A stretch of 64,000 nucleotides of DNA from Spirochaetia bacterium (GCA_034520965.1 JAXHMY010000001.1:736001-800000); one strand, 5' to 3'. Positions 20,779 to 31,446 are shown, counted from the stretch's first letter. The notes: a model not told the origin generated them from the letters alone. Made by a program: numbers and translations.

Positions 20779-22438
20779 CCTTCGGTGAGCCGGGCTGGTC
20801 AAGCCAGTATTGCGGGTCACGCGGTTCGTTCAACTCGGGTGAGAACTGCTTCAGATTCATCTTACCCATCAGATCATCCATATCTGCTGCAAGCTGGTTC
20901 ATTCTTTCAGTGCCTCACGGTTACGCAAGGAGTTCTTCCACCACTGCTCGGCAAGCAACGGATAATGAGGTACGTTAGGACCGGTATCTGTCCACATGTA
21001 TTCTACCGGAGATTTGTAGAAGGTGATTATACCACCATAGGTATGCTTCGCCTCTTCATCTGCCAGGTAGTCGGATTCTACAGTACTGCGGCGAACAGGA
21101 GTTCGTCCAACCAGGAACTTCTTAAGGCTGACGGACTTGGAAACTGCAAACTGAGCCCACAGCCATGCGGCGGCGCGGTCGTCGCCCTTTACACTGTTTT
21201 TCAAAATGGTCCAGCTACCTGCATCCTGATATCCAACCTTCATACCTTCGTCCCAGTATTTACCATGGATCGGAGCAACACGCCATAGAGGGGTGCCGTC
21301 GTCGTCGGTTACGGGGCTGTCGGGATCGTTGAAAGCCGGGTCTGCAAGCCAGGTGATGTACTGGAAGGGGCGCTGGGCTACGTTACCACGGGAGGGAGTA
21401 GGACCGGCTTCCGACCAGGTCATAGAAGCAGCATAAGGAGGCGCAAAATTTTTCATCCACTCTACGTACTTAGTGGTAGCGTAAATTGCTGCGGGACTGT
21501 TTGCTGCACCACCGCGGGATACGGATGCACCCTTCGGTATTTTGTTCTCTACACGAATTCCCCATTCATCAACTGGAAGGCCGTTAGGAATACCTTTGTC
21601 GCCGGCGCCCGCTATGGAGAGCCATGCATCGGTAAAACGCCAACCGAGGGAAGGAGATTTTTTACCGTAGTCCATGTGGCCGTATACATCGACACCGTCG
21701 ATAGTTCCGTCACCGTTGACTTCATTGGTAAAGAAATTGGCAATATCTTCGTAGGCGGCCCAGTTCACCGGAACACCAAGTTCATAGCCGTAAATATCTT
21801 CAAACTGAGCTTTGAAATCGGGATCGGTAAACCAGTCGTAACGGAACCAGTACAGGTTGGCAAACTGTTGATCCGGAAGCTGCAGTTGGTTGCCGTCGTA
21901 ATCCTGGCCGAATTCAGGGTTGAGCCAGTCGTTAATGTCCAGCATCGGGTTAGTTACTTTTGCACCTTCTCCAACCATATAGTTGTTCAGGTTCAAAGCG
22001 CTGTTTGCTCGCAGGTGAGTACCGATCAGGTCGGCATCATTTACATAAATGTCGTAAAGTTTACGTCCAGTCTGCATTTGACGCTGTACGCGGTCGACTA
22101 CTTCGCCTTCACCAATAATATCGTGGGGTTACTTTAATACCGGTAATATCTTCAAAAGCCTCGGCCAAAACCTCGGCTTCCCACTTATGAGTGGCAATAC
22201 CTTCGGCAACTGACTTGATGTGCATGCCGCGATACGGTTCGGCGGCCTTTGCAAACCATTCCAGTTCTTGACGCTGTTCCTCTTTAGAAAGAACTGAAGG
22301 TGAAAACTCTTCAATCCATTTCTCGATAACTTCGCTGCTTTCCTCGGCGGTCATTTCTTCCTGCTGGCCTTCGCCAAACAGGGTTGCCGGTACGATCAGC
22401 AGCATTACTGCTATTAGCAGTACAAGAGCTCTTCTCAT
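20759..22438 (-). CDS. glpV: Glycerol ABC transporter substrate-binding protein (GlpV type), frameshifts near 22126 and 20920
   Basis: Signal peptide MRRALVLL...FGEGQQE; QLPDQQFANLYWFRYDWF, GHMDYGKK, WRFTDAWLS and GYQDAGSWT; C-terminal MNQLAADMD...YWLDQPGSPKA in another frame. Confidence 0.88.
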
Positions 22439-22518
22439 AACACTCTCCTTTTTTATTTTTTGGTCTTTCTTGAGTCCTTGCAGGACTTTGTTGTTTTCAT
22501 TTGTTCCAGCCAGTCTTC

Positions 22519-22818
22519 TCAACCCCACTTGAACTCTACGAAAAACCAGATTGCCGCAACTACTACTGCTCCCAGTAGCATATTCTCCCCGAAAATTCCC
22601 AGCCACATAAGGAGAATCGCTATAGTCGACAGTATTCCAATGAAAAGGCGATCTCCCCGGCCGGTTTCAATCGGCAGGAAGCCCTTTCTATCTACGTTCG
22701 GGCTGTATCGGTTCAACACAGCAAGAAATGAGATTGAACCGAAAATTGCCAAGAAAAACAGCCCGCTCTGCCATGTCCAATACATCCACCCGAAGGTTTG
22801 TATTAACCAGTCTATCAT
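22519..22818 (-). CDS. glpU: Small integral membrane subunit of the glycerol ABC transporter (DUF2160/GlpU)
   Basis: WMYWTW and RKGFLPIETGRGDRLFI motif; position in the operon. Confidence 0.88.
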   Translation of the reverse strand: MIDWLIQTFGWMYWTWQSGLFFLAIFGSISFLAVLNRYSPNVDRKGFLPIETGRGDRLFIGILSTIAILLMWLGIFGENMLLGAVVVAAIWFFVEFKWG

Positions 22819-22838
22819 TTGTTATACCCTTCCATTTG

Positions 22839-23662
22839 TTACACCCTTCCTAAGGCAAAGCCTTTGGCCATGTAGTTTCGTACGAAATATACCACTATTG
22901 CGCCCGGTATGATGGTCAGTACACCAGCGGCGGCCAATAGTCCCCATTTCACCCCTTCTGCTCCAATTCCAACTGTCAAAGTTACTACCACCGGTTTCGC
23001 CTCAGTAATAGTTGCTGCCTTGGCAATAATCAACTCGACCCATGAAAAGGTGAAGCTGAAGAAGGCGGTCACACCAATTCCCGGAGCTACCAGGGGAAAG
23101 AAAATCTCCCGCAAAAAGTGGGGGAAAGCTGGAGCCGTTGAGAAAGGCGGTTGGTGTCATCTATCTCCTTGGGTATGCCGGACATAAATCCCTCTAAAAT
23201 CCAGATGGCTAAGGGAATATTGAACAGGCTGTGTCCCAGGGCAACCGCCAGATGGGTATCGTGAATGCCAAGTGTAAAAAACAACTCAGTAAAGGGCACA
23301 ATAAAGATCGCCGCAGGAGCCATTCGGTTTGTCAGCAGCCAGAAGAACAGATGCTTATCTCCCAAAAAGTTATAGCGTGAAAAAGCATAGGCTCCCGGGA
23401 TAGCAACTACCAGAACAATTATTACATTCAAAAACACATAGGTAAGGGAGTTTCTAAAACTATTCATCCAGGTACTCGAGGTGAATATTTCCACATAGTT
23501 CTTAAAGGTCAGTTCCTTCGGAAAGAAGGATAATCCGCTCAGTATTTCGGTGTCGTACTTCAATGAGGTAATCAGCATCCAGTAAATCGGGATGAACAAC
23601 AGGATGAAGTAGACGATTAGGAAAATATATCGTTTTTGTAGTTTCTTTTGATCACGTCTCAT
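22839..23662 (-). CDS. glpQ: Glycerol ABC transporter permease (GlpQ type), frameshift/garbled segment near 23130-23160
   Basis: FLGDKHLFFWLLTNRMAPAA, WILEGFMSGIPKEIDDT and FVRNYMAKGFALGRV in two ORFs. Confidence 0.87.
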
Positions 23663-24528
23663 GCCTTTTGACTCTCCCCTGAACCGAGTTTGTTCAATAA
23701 TTGAAAGAATATGTAACTCATCACAATTACTATAAAAAGGTAGATGAGCGATGCCGCACCGGCATATCCAAGCTCATACGATTGGGCCTTTCGAGCCACA
23801 AACAGACTCATAAAGGTCGTCGTGTTTCCAGGTCCTCCGCCGGTCAATAACAGCGGCTCAGCATAAATCTTAAATGAGTCCATGAAGCGCAGCAGAAATG
23901 CTAATACCAGTACCGGCCGCAGTTTCGGCAGAATTACAAAACGGAAAACTTTCCATCTTGAGGCTCCGTCAATTTCAGCAGCCCGGTAAAAGGCATCCGG
24001 TATTGCTAAATATCCGGCATAGGAAAGGAGTGCAACCAGCGGGGTCCAGTGCCACACATCCAAAAGGAATAGAGTAACCGGCGCATCTACCGGGTCCAGC
24101 GATACATTGTATTCATATCCCACCCAGCTCATAACTTCAGCTATCAAACCAATATCCGACTGACTGAACAGACGCCACACGATACCGACAACGTTGTAAG
24201 GTATCAGCAGAGGAATACCCAGCAATACCAGTGATATCGCCACCCCAATGCCCTTCTTCGGCATTGAAAGAGCTATTGCGATTCCCAGGGGTATTTCCAC
24301 AGCCAGAATAGATACGCTGAACATTAACTGCCGACCGAGGGCTCCGCGAAAGGCAGAGTCCCGCATTACATCCACAAAGTTCGCAAACCCGACAAACTCG
24401 GGAATGGAACCGGAGAAAATATAGTGGAGAGAATAATTCACTACCGTCATCAATGGGATAAACGCGCTCAGTGCCATCACAGCTAGAGCAGGTAATAAAA
24501 ACAGCCATGCTCTATTATCATATTTCAT
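23659..24528 (-). CDS. glpP: Glycerol ABC transporter permease (GlpP type)
   Basis: IPLMTVVNYS, DVWHWTPLV, EAA-like AAEIDGAS and LLRFMDSF..Y.EP..LTGGGPG. Confidence 0.9.
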   Translation of the reverse strand: MKYDNRAWLFLLPALAVMALSAFIPLMTVVNYSLHYIFSGSIPEFVGFANFVDVMRDSAFRGALGRQLMFSVSILAVEIPLGIAIALSMPKKGIGVAISLVLLGIPLLIPYNVVGIVWRLFSQSDIGLIAEVMSWVGYEYNVSLDPVDAPVTLFLLDVWHWTPLVALLSYAGYLAIPDAFYRAAEIDGASRWKVFRFVILPKLRPVLVLAFLLRFMDSFKIYAEPLLLTGGGPGNTTTFMSLFVARKAQSYELGYAGAASLIYLFIVIVMSYIFFQLLNKLGSGESQKA

Positions 24529-24565
24529 TCATCAACCTCCAATCTTAAATCTGTGCATGCTGTCA

Positions 24566-25663
24566 TCAGATTACTTTCTTTCCATCTTTGTAAAATTTTA
24601 CTTCCTCTTCCGGGAAGCTAAGCCAGGCAGTATCACCCTCGCTTATGGACATATCTTCCGGAGCCCGGCTCTTCAAATCCAACGTACCCACAGTTGTGGT
24701 AACGATTTTATAGGCGCCGGTATCTTCTACCAGCTTTACACTTCCGGACACCGCGTTTTTGGATTTCTCAGGACTAAGCTGGACATACTCGGGTCGGATA
24801 CCAAGGGTAAACTCATTTCCATGCTCCAGCAGTTGTGCTGCCAGCTTTTTGCTGATTTTGAAGAAGGTTCCGTTGAATTTTACTGTACCATCGGACTCAA
24901 CACGGCACTCCATCATATTCATCCCCGGACTGCCGATAAAATAACCGATAAACATGCTTTCGGGGTTTTCATGCAGCTCTTTCGGGCTCCCGGTTTGGTC
25001 AATTTTCCCCACCTGCATCACCGTCACCTGTTCAGCAAAGGTCAGAGCCTCGTGCTGGTCGTGGGTTACATAAATCATAGTAAAATCAAGCTCTTCCTGT
25101 ACCTGCTTCAATTTACGCCGCAGGTCCCACTGAGCCTTGGGGTCGATAACCGTAAGAGGTTCATCTAAAAGCACCGCCGCCGTATCCGGCCGAACAATGC
25201 CGCGTCCCAGGGACACCTTCTGCTTATCCGCCGGGTTTAGCTTTCCTGCCGGTACTTTCAGCAGGCTGGTAATCTCCAGTATTTCCGCCACTTCGTACAC
25301 CCGCTTACGGATGATGTCACTGTCCACTCCATCATTGGCCAAGGGAAAAGCGATATTACCGTACACATTCATAGAGTCATACACCACCGGAAACTGAAAC
25401 ACCTGTGCGATGTGCCGCTCCTTTGCCGAGAGCTCGGTTACATCCTTCCCGTCAAATAACACTTGTCCCTTCGTCGGTGTGGTAAGTCCGGAGATAATCT
25501 TAAGCAAGGTCGTTTTTCCACATCCGGAGGGACCAAGCAGGGCGACGGCTGATCCGTTTTCATAAGTTACATTAATGTTCTCTACCGCATATTCCGGTTT
25601 CTTCGTTTTTCCCTCTTCAATGTCGTAACTATGCCATACATCTATTAACTGAATTGTTGCCAT
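24566..25663 (-). CDS. glpT: Glycerol ABC transporter ATP-binding protein (GlpT type)
   Basis: Walker A GPSGCGKT, IAQVFQFPVVYD, DEPLTVIDP and YVTHDQ. Confidence 0.9.
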   Translation of the reverse strand: MATIQLIDVWHSYDIEEGKTKKPEYAVENINVTYENGSAVALLGPSGCGKTTLLKIISGLTTPTKGQVLFDGKDVTELSAKERHIAQVFQFPVVYDSMNVYGNIAFPLANDGVDSDIIRKRVYEVAEILEITSLLKVPAGKLNPADKQKVSLGRGIVRPDTAAVLLDEPLTVIDPKAQWDLRRKLKQVQEELDFTMIYVTHDQHEALTFAEQVTVMQVGKIDQTGSPKELHENPESMFIGYFIGSPGMNMMECRVESDGTVKFNGTFFKISKKLAAQLLEHGNEFTLGIRPEYVQLSPEKSKNAVSGSVKLVEDTGAYKIVTTTVGTLDLKSRAPEDMSISEGDTAWLSFPEEEVKFYKDGKKVI

Positions 25664-25682
25664 ATTGTTTCTCTCCCCCCGT

Positions 25683-26792
25683 TTAAGCTTGTACCGCTTC
25701 TGTTTTCGCGCATAACTCGTGAGTATCTACGTCAAAAATGTAGAAACGTTCCGGATCGAGATACAATTTCATGGTCTCGCCGATACCGTACGAAATTAGC
25801 TCCTGCATAAGCACAATAATTTTTTTACCGCGGTGGTCGATATGCAGCTCGGTGTCGGAGCCGACCGCTTCTGAGAGCTGGACTGTACCGTCGATCTCTA
25901 CCATTGAATCCGATTCACGGTTGGTGGAAACCATATGAGCATGAATGCCAAGGAAATACTTATCCTTCTTCAGTGTTTCATGCAGGCGGCTTACATCGAT
26001 CTTGAACTGCTCTGTGACCTTTATATACAAGCGGCCGTCCTCTTCAACTTTGCGCCCTTCGAGGATGTTCATAGTTGGATAACTAAAATACTCCCCAACT
26101 TCTACAAACTGCGGGTTGTGGTACACCTCTTTGACCGGGCCGTACTGCAGGATTTTTCCCTTATGCAGAAAGGCCACATGTGATGCCATACCGAGTGCAT
26201 CGATAGGCTCCGGGGTAGCATACACCAGAGCACCACCCTTTTCGCGGAAAATCAATTTAAGCTCACCCCGCAATTCTTCGCGCAGCTTGTAATCGAGGTT
26301 TGCCAGAGGTTCATCTAAAAATACGTATTTAGTGCCCTTACTGAGCGCCCTGGCCAAGGCGGTTCGCTGCTGCTGTCCGCCGCTGACCTCCTCCGGCAGG
26401 TGATCCAGGATATGAGTAATGCCCAATAAATCAGCATTAGCCCGTACCTGCTTATCAATCTCCTGTTCGCTTAGTTTTGTTTTCGCAACGCGTAGTGGAG
26501 ATGCGATGTTTTCATAAATGTTAAATGATGGATAATTTACAAACTGCTGGTATACCATAGCTATGTTCCGTTTTTGAACTGAAAGCTTGGTTACATCTAC
26601 CCCATCAAAGTAGATTTTCCCGCTGTTTGGTTTTTCTATTCCCGCAAGTAAGCGCAACAGAGTGGTCTTTCCGGAGCCGGTTGGAGCTAGTAACACGGAA
26701 AAATCTCCGTCATTTATCTCCAAATTAATATTTTCCAGCTTCGGGTAACCCGCCTGATGGAGCTTAGTCACATTTTCAACAACAATGCCCAT
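25683..26792 (-). CDS. glpS: Glycerol ABC transporter ATP-binding protein (GlpS type)
   Basis: APTGSGKT, MVYQQFVNYP, SGGQQQR and DEPLANLDYKLREELR. Confidence 0.9.
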   Translation of the reverse strand: MGIVVENVTKLHQAGYPKLENINLEINDGDFSVLLAPTGSGKTTLLRLLAGIEKPNSGKIYFDGVDVTKLSVQKRNIAMVYQQFVNYPSFNIYENIASPLRVAKTKLSEQEIDKQVRANADLLGITHILDHLPEEVSGGQQQRTALARALSKGTKYVFLDEPLANLDYKLREELRGELKLIFREKGGALVYATPEPIDALGMASHVAFLHKGKILQYGPVKEVYHNPQFVEVGEYFSYPTMNILEGRKVEEDGRLYIKVTEQFKIDVSRLHETLKKDKYFLGIHAHMVSTNRESDSMVEIDGTVQLSEAVGSDTELHIDHRGKKIIVLMQELISYGIGETMKLYLDPERFYIFDVDTHELCAKTEAVQA

Positions 26793-26827
26793 GGAGAATC
26801 TCCTCCGATGTATATAATATGGATTTT

Positions 26828-26855
26828 ATTGTAGCACGCTATCTTAGGCTGTCAA
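26828..26855 (-). promoter_or_regulatory. Sigma70-like promoter of the glpSTPQUV operon
   Basis: Minus strand TTGACA-N16-TACAAT with extended -10 TG. Confidence 0.65.
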
Positions 26856-26928
26856 GAAAAAATCGATAATTTTCGTTCATTTTATTCAGTAAATAATGAC
26901 TTATTGTTCACAAACATTCACCCTTTTA

Positions 26929-26957
26929 TTGACAACTAAGCTTCGTATAGGTACTAT
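26929..26957 (+). promoter_or_regulatory. Sigma70-like promoter of the G3P-dehydrogenase operon (leaderless geometry)
   Basis: TTGACA-N17-TACTAT, 7 nt before ATG 26965, no SD. Confidence 0.7.
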
Positions 26958-26964
26958 CAGTAGT

Positions 26965-28428
26965 ATGAGCGGATCACAATCAGAAGAAGTATTTGACCTG
27001 GCCGTTATCGGTGCAGGAGTAAGCGGCGCATCGATTGCCCGGCGCTTGTCGATGTACGATATACAAATCGCCCTCATAGAAAAGGAAGCCGATGTGTCCT
27101 TCGGCACATCGAAAGCCAATTCAGGCATTATTCACGGCGGTTTTCACCACGAGCCTTCCCTGCTTAAGTCGCGCCTGGAGCTGCAGGGAAACCTTATGTT
27201 CGACCAGCTTCAGCGTGAGCTTCATTTCCCCTTTACCCGCTGCGGTATTCTGGTAGCTGCGATGGACGAAGAAGAAATGAAGACGGTTCAATACCTGTAC
27301 GCCCGGGGCCGTAAAAACGGCGCCATTGGCATTGAGCTGTGTTCACGGGAGCGCATACTCGACCTGGAACCGAAACTTTCAAGCGATGTGGTAGGCGGAC
27401 TACACGCCCCCGGAGGCGGGATTATCGAGCCCTACCGCTTTGTGTTTGCCTTAGTCGAATCGGCCCAGCACAACGGAGTGCGGCTTATTACCGATTTTGA
27501 AGTAAAAGAAGCCCACCATCGGGAAGGGCTTTTTCAGATAGATTCAGCAGCCGGAGATACTATTTACTCCCGCTATGTGGTAAATGCTGCCGGCCTGTAT
27601 GCCGATGAGGTCTCTCAAATTTTTGCTGCCGAAGAGTTCCAGATTACTCCCCGTAAGGGAGAGTACTATCTGCTGGACCGCATGACCAAGGCTTGTCCCG
27701 GAAAAGTCCTGTTTCCGGTGCCGAACAGCGTTTCGAAGGGCATGCTGGTAATTCCCACCGTTGAAGGCACCGTGTTAGTCGGCCCAACCGCCGAAGACAT
27801 TCACGAGAAGGACGACCTCTCAACATCCAGCAGTAAACTGAAATCGATATTCGACTCCGCCAGACAGATGGTGCCAAAGGTTTCTACAAAGGACGTTATC
27901 ACCGCCTTCTCGGGCCTGCGGCCAGCACTAGCCGAGGGCGACTTTTATATAGAGGCCAGCAGCAGGGTGCCCCATTTTATTCAGGTGGCGGGCATCCAGT
28001 CGCCGGGGCTTACCGCCGCACCTGCAATAGGCGAATATGTAAAAGACATTCTGAAAGAGGAAGGGCTCACCCTGCAGGAACGAAACGACTACGACCCAAA
28101 TGTACAGAGAGTTCCGCGCATCCGGAATAAGAATGCCTATGACATCGACGAACTTATTAAAGAGAACCGGGCCTACGGAAATATAATCTGCCGCTGCGAG
28201 AACATCTCCGAGGCGGAAATTATAGAAGCCATTCGGCGGGGCCACGACACCCTCGACGGAATTAAGTTTTTCACCCGCTCGGGAATGGGGCGTTGTCAAG
28301 GCGGATTCTGTACCGGCAAAATAATTGAAATTATTATGCGCGAGACCGGGAAAAACTACAGCGAAGTAACAAAGCGCGGAAAACAGAGTACGGTTATTAG
28401 GAGATCCTTATGCGAACAGAACAAATAG
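26965..28428 (+). CDS. FAD-dependent oxidoreductase with C-terminal BFD-like [2Fe-2S] domain (GlpA/LhgO-like; probable glycerol-3-phosphate dehydrogenase subunit)
   Basis: GAGVSG, TSKANSGIIHGG, GIQSPGLTAAPAIG, ICRCE and GMGRCQGGFC. Confidence 0.88.
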   Translation: MSGSQSEEVFDLAVIGAGVSGASIARRLSMYDIQIALIEKEADVSFGTSKANSGIIHGGFHHEPSLLKSRLELQGNLMFDQLQRELHFPFTRCGILVAAMDEEEMKTVQYLYARGRKNGAIGIELCSRERILDLEPKLSSDVVGGLHAPGGGIIEPYRFVFALVESAQHNGVRLITDFEVKEAHHREGLFQIDSAAGDTIYSRYVVNAAGLYADEVSQIFAAEEFQITPRKGEYYLLDRMTKACPGKVLFPVPNSVSKGMLVIPTVEGTVLVGPTAEDIHEKDDLSTSSSKLKSIFDSARQMVPKVSTKDVITAFSGLRPALAEGDFYIEASSRVPHFIQVAGIQSPGLTAAPAIGEYVKDILKEEGLTLQERNDYDPNVQRVPRIRNKNAYDIDELIKENRAYGNIICRCENISEAEIIEAIRRGHDTLDGIKFFTRSGMGRCQGGFCTGKIIEIIMRETGKNYSEVTKRGKQSTVIRRSLCEQNK

Positions 28429-29678
28429 ATGCCCTAGTAATCGGCGGAGGGGCCGCCGGAATGTCTGCGGCTGTAACCATCTCGGCGGCCGGTTTTTCCG
28501 CCGCATTGGTCGAGCGGGAGGATGAGCTGGGAGGGGTACTCCTGCAGTGCATCCATAATGGATTCGGACTGCACGAGTTCAAGGAAGAGCTCACCGGTCC
28601 TGAATACGCAGAGCGCTGGATTCACAACGTTGAAGAATCCGAGGTGATGGTCTTCTGCGGTACCACAGTAATGGAAATGAACCTTTTGGAAGACGGGCGG
28701 AAGGAGTGTTTCGGCTATTCCCCTCAGCACGGTGTGGTAAAGTTTGTCACCCGTACGGTGGTGCTGACCATGGGATGCCGCGAGCGGAACCGGGGAAATG
28801 TAATGATTCCCGGTACCCGTCCCGCCGGGGTGTACACCGCCGGCCTGGCCCAGCGCCTGGTGAACATGAACGGCTACATCCCCGGCAAGGAGGTGGTTAT
28901 TGTCGGCTCGGGAGATATCGGGCTCATTATGGCCCGCCGCATGCAGTGGGTGGGCAGCAAGGTTCATGGGGTGGTCGAAATTCAGCCGTACCCCTCCGGT
29001 TTAACCCGAAATATTTCTCAGTGTCTGAACGACTTTAAGATACCCCTATACCTTAGTCATGTGGTTTCTAAAATCTACGGCAAGGAGCGGGTGGAAGCGG
29101 TGGATATTACCCCGCTGAAAAACGGAGTACCCGATCACGAGCAGACATTTCAGATTAAATGCGATACCTTGCTGCTGTCGGTAGGACTGATACCGGAAAA
29201 CGAGCTCTCGAAGCAGGTGGGAATCGAACTGAACCCTCTGACCAACGGACCAACCGTAGACAGCATGCTGATGACCTCGATCGAAGGTGTTTTTTCCGCC
29301 GGCAATGTACTGCATGTACATGATTTAGTCGACTTTGTCAGTGCAGAGGCCCGTTTAGCCGGGGAAAAAGTAATTGATTACCTGAAGGGAATAAAACCGA
29401 AGAGGGAGCTCCCCATCAAACCGGGGGCAAATATTCGTTATATCAACCCCACCCGCATCAATCCGGATGTAGACAGTGAAATCTACATGCGTCCCCTGGT
29501 GGTTTCCAACAATGCCAGGCTGAAAATAATGGTCAACGGCGAGGTGGTAAAACAGAAGAAAAAGCCCCATGTCCAGCCCAGCGAAATGATAAAACTTAAA
29601 ATAAGCCCTAAGTTCTTCCAAGATGTTGAGCTTACACCAGATTCAAGAGTGGAGGTAACACTACAGGATGAGCCCTGA
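28410..29678 (+). CDS. Pyridine nucleotide-disulfide (FAD/NAD) oxidoreductase, partner subunit
   Basis: GGGAAG, GGVLLQCIHNGFG, ELTGPEY, MGCRER, GSGDIGLIMARR and GNVLHVHDLVD. Confidence 0.88.
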   Translation: MRTEQIDALVIGGGAAGMSAAVTISAAGFSAALVEREDELGGVLLQCIHNGFGLHEFKEELTGPEYAERWIHNVEESEVMVFCGTTVMEMNLLEDGRKECFGYSPQHGVVKFVTRTVVLTMGCRERNRGNVMIPGTRPAGVYTAGLAQRLVNMNGYIPGKEVVIVGSGDIGLIMARRMQWVGSKVHGVVEIQPYPSGLTRNISQCLNDFKIPLYLSHVVSKIYGKERVEAVDITPLKNGVPDHEQTFQIKCDTLLLSVGLIPENELSKQVGIELNPLTNGPTVDSMLMTSIEGVFSAGNVLHVHDLVDFVSAEARLAGEKVIDYLKGIKPKRELPIKPGANIRYINPTRINPDVDSEIYMRPLVVSNNARLKIMVNGEVVKQKKKPHVQPSEMIKLKISPKFFQDVELTPDSRVEVTLQDEP

Positions 29679-30042
29679 TAAAAATACAAAAGAGATGATC
29701 TGTATTGTCTGCCCGATCGGCTGTCACCTCCAGGTGTCCACCGACGGAGAGGAAGTAAAGGTCACCGGGAACCGCTGCTCCCGGGGCGAGGAATACGCAC
29801 GCGAAGAGATGCTGTCCCCCAAGCGGGTAGTGACCGCTACCTGCCGCTTGGAAGACCCGCAGCATCCGCGGCTGCCGGTAAAAACCGATGCAGCCCTGCC
29901 CTTTGAGCAAATTGAAGCCCTCCTGGCCGAGGTATACTCCCTCTCGGTAAAGCCCCCTGTAAAGGTAGGACAGGTATTAATTGAGGACTTTGCTGAAACC
30001 GGGGTAAACCTGGTTTCCTCCAGGACAATTCAAACTCAGTGA
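29668..30042 (+). CDS. DUF1667 CxxC protein, third subunit
   Basis: CIVCPIGC...GNRCSRG..YA..E...PKR motif. Confidence 0.88.
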   Translation: MSPDKNTKEMICIVCPIGCHLQVSTDGEEVKVTGNRCSRGEEYAREEMLSPKRVVTATCRLEDPQHPRLPVKTDAALPFEQIEALLAEVYSLSVKPPVKVGQVLIEDFAETGVNLVSSRTIQTQ

Positions 30043-31446
30043 GTGCGAATTTCGAATTCTGTGGCCGCAAGGTCCGCATACAATTCGGTACTGTGAGCAC
30101 CCTTGTGCCACCGAATGTGAACTATGTGATCGGGGCTCGGCAGCAGATCATAGCTTCCGTCGAAGGCCCGGCAGTCGTTTCTGAATTTCATCAGCTCGAA
30201 CAGACGTTTTACCACCGGTCGCTGTACCTCCGCGGCAATCTCTTCGAGACTGTAGTTATGGCGGTTTATATTCCGGCCCAACTGGGTTTTCTCTACCAAT
30301 TCAATATCATTTTTCCCGGCTAAGGCCCCTACATAGTACACCTGCGGAATTCCGGGAGTGAAAAACTGCAGCGCCCGGGCCAGCAGATAAGCCTCGTCAT
30401 CTTCACCAAGGGCCGAGTAATAGGTACAGTTGATTTGATACACATCAAGATTCTGATACTTGGCGGTATTGTAAATTCGCTTTACGTTAGCCCCTTTGCT
30501 GTACACATTCTCCTTGGTCCGCTCCATTTCTTCTTCCGACATCAAACCATGAACATCCACCACCCCTATCCCGTCGTGGGTATCGAGGGTGGTGTACTGG
30601 TTTCGCGGGCAGATTGAAAGCCAGCGCTTCAAATTCCGGGCATCACCGTCATACAAAGCCTGCAGTACCAGCATCGGCAGGGCAAAATCGTACACCGGAT
30701 ACCCGTGCTCGGCAATGCGTTTCTGCATACTGTAGTGCTCATGAACCTCCGGCAGCAGGACTTCCCCGCAATCGCGAATACAGTTATATGCAAAAGAGAG
30801 GTGTTCCCACACCTCCGGCTCTACAAAAAAGCAGTTGGTACCCGGTTTTTTGGTAGTATAGGCAAAGGCATCCAGTCGAATCATGCGTGCCCCGTGACCA
30901 CATAGATTCTGCAAGAACTCACGTATCAGACTTCGAGTGGTGGGGCTCTCTAAATCGAGATCGATCTGTTCAAAATCAAAGGTACACCAAATTTTTTCTT
31001 GGCTTCCGTCGGCAAACTCGACCTCCAGGTAGGGCGGCCGGGGCTTGCGGGTATAAATCTTTTCCAAATCCTCGTCGGAGGCTTCCCCCTCGGCCAGAAA
31101 TTCTTGAAACGGATAAAGAGTCCCGCCCACTTTGATTCATCCTTCTTTTAAGAAAATCCTGGAAGTACTCCGAACGCCTAGATATGTGATTGACCATCAT
31201 ATCGACCATCAGATCATAGTCCCGGGCAATTGCTTCAACATCATCCCAGCTGCCGAAACGGGGGTCTACCTCATTGTAGGTGAGGGGAGCAAAACCACGG
31301 TCCCCGGAGGATGGGTAAAATGGAAGAAGATGGACCCCTCCGAACAGGTCGGGCAGATGCCGGGCAAGGGCGGAACGAAGTTCGGCTAAATTCTCACCTA
31401 AACCATCAGCATAGGTAATTAACTGGCAGGCGTTGCGGATCGGCAT
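30036..31446 (-). CDS. gtfA: Sucrose phosphorylase (GH13_18), two frameshifts near 31145 and 31092
   Basis: QLITYADG, HLLPFYP..GDRGFAP, RLDAFAY (nucleophile), PEVHEH (acid/base), TLDTHDGIGVVD, and loop YQNLDVYQINCTYYSALG typical of true sucrose phosphorylases. Confidence 0.9.

Noticed and set aside
30036..31446. Calling the GH13_18 enzyme a glucosylglycerate, glucosylglycerol or sucrose-6-phosphate phosphorylase
   Set aside because: The acceptor loop NLDVYQIN and PEVHEH match classical sucrose phosphorylases rather than the signatures I recall for the other specificities.
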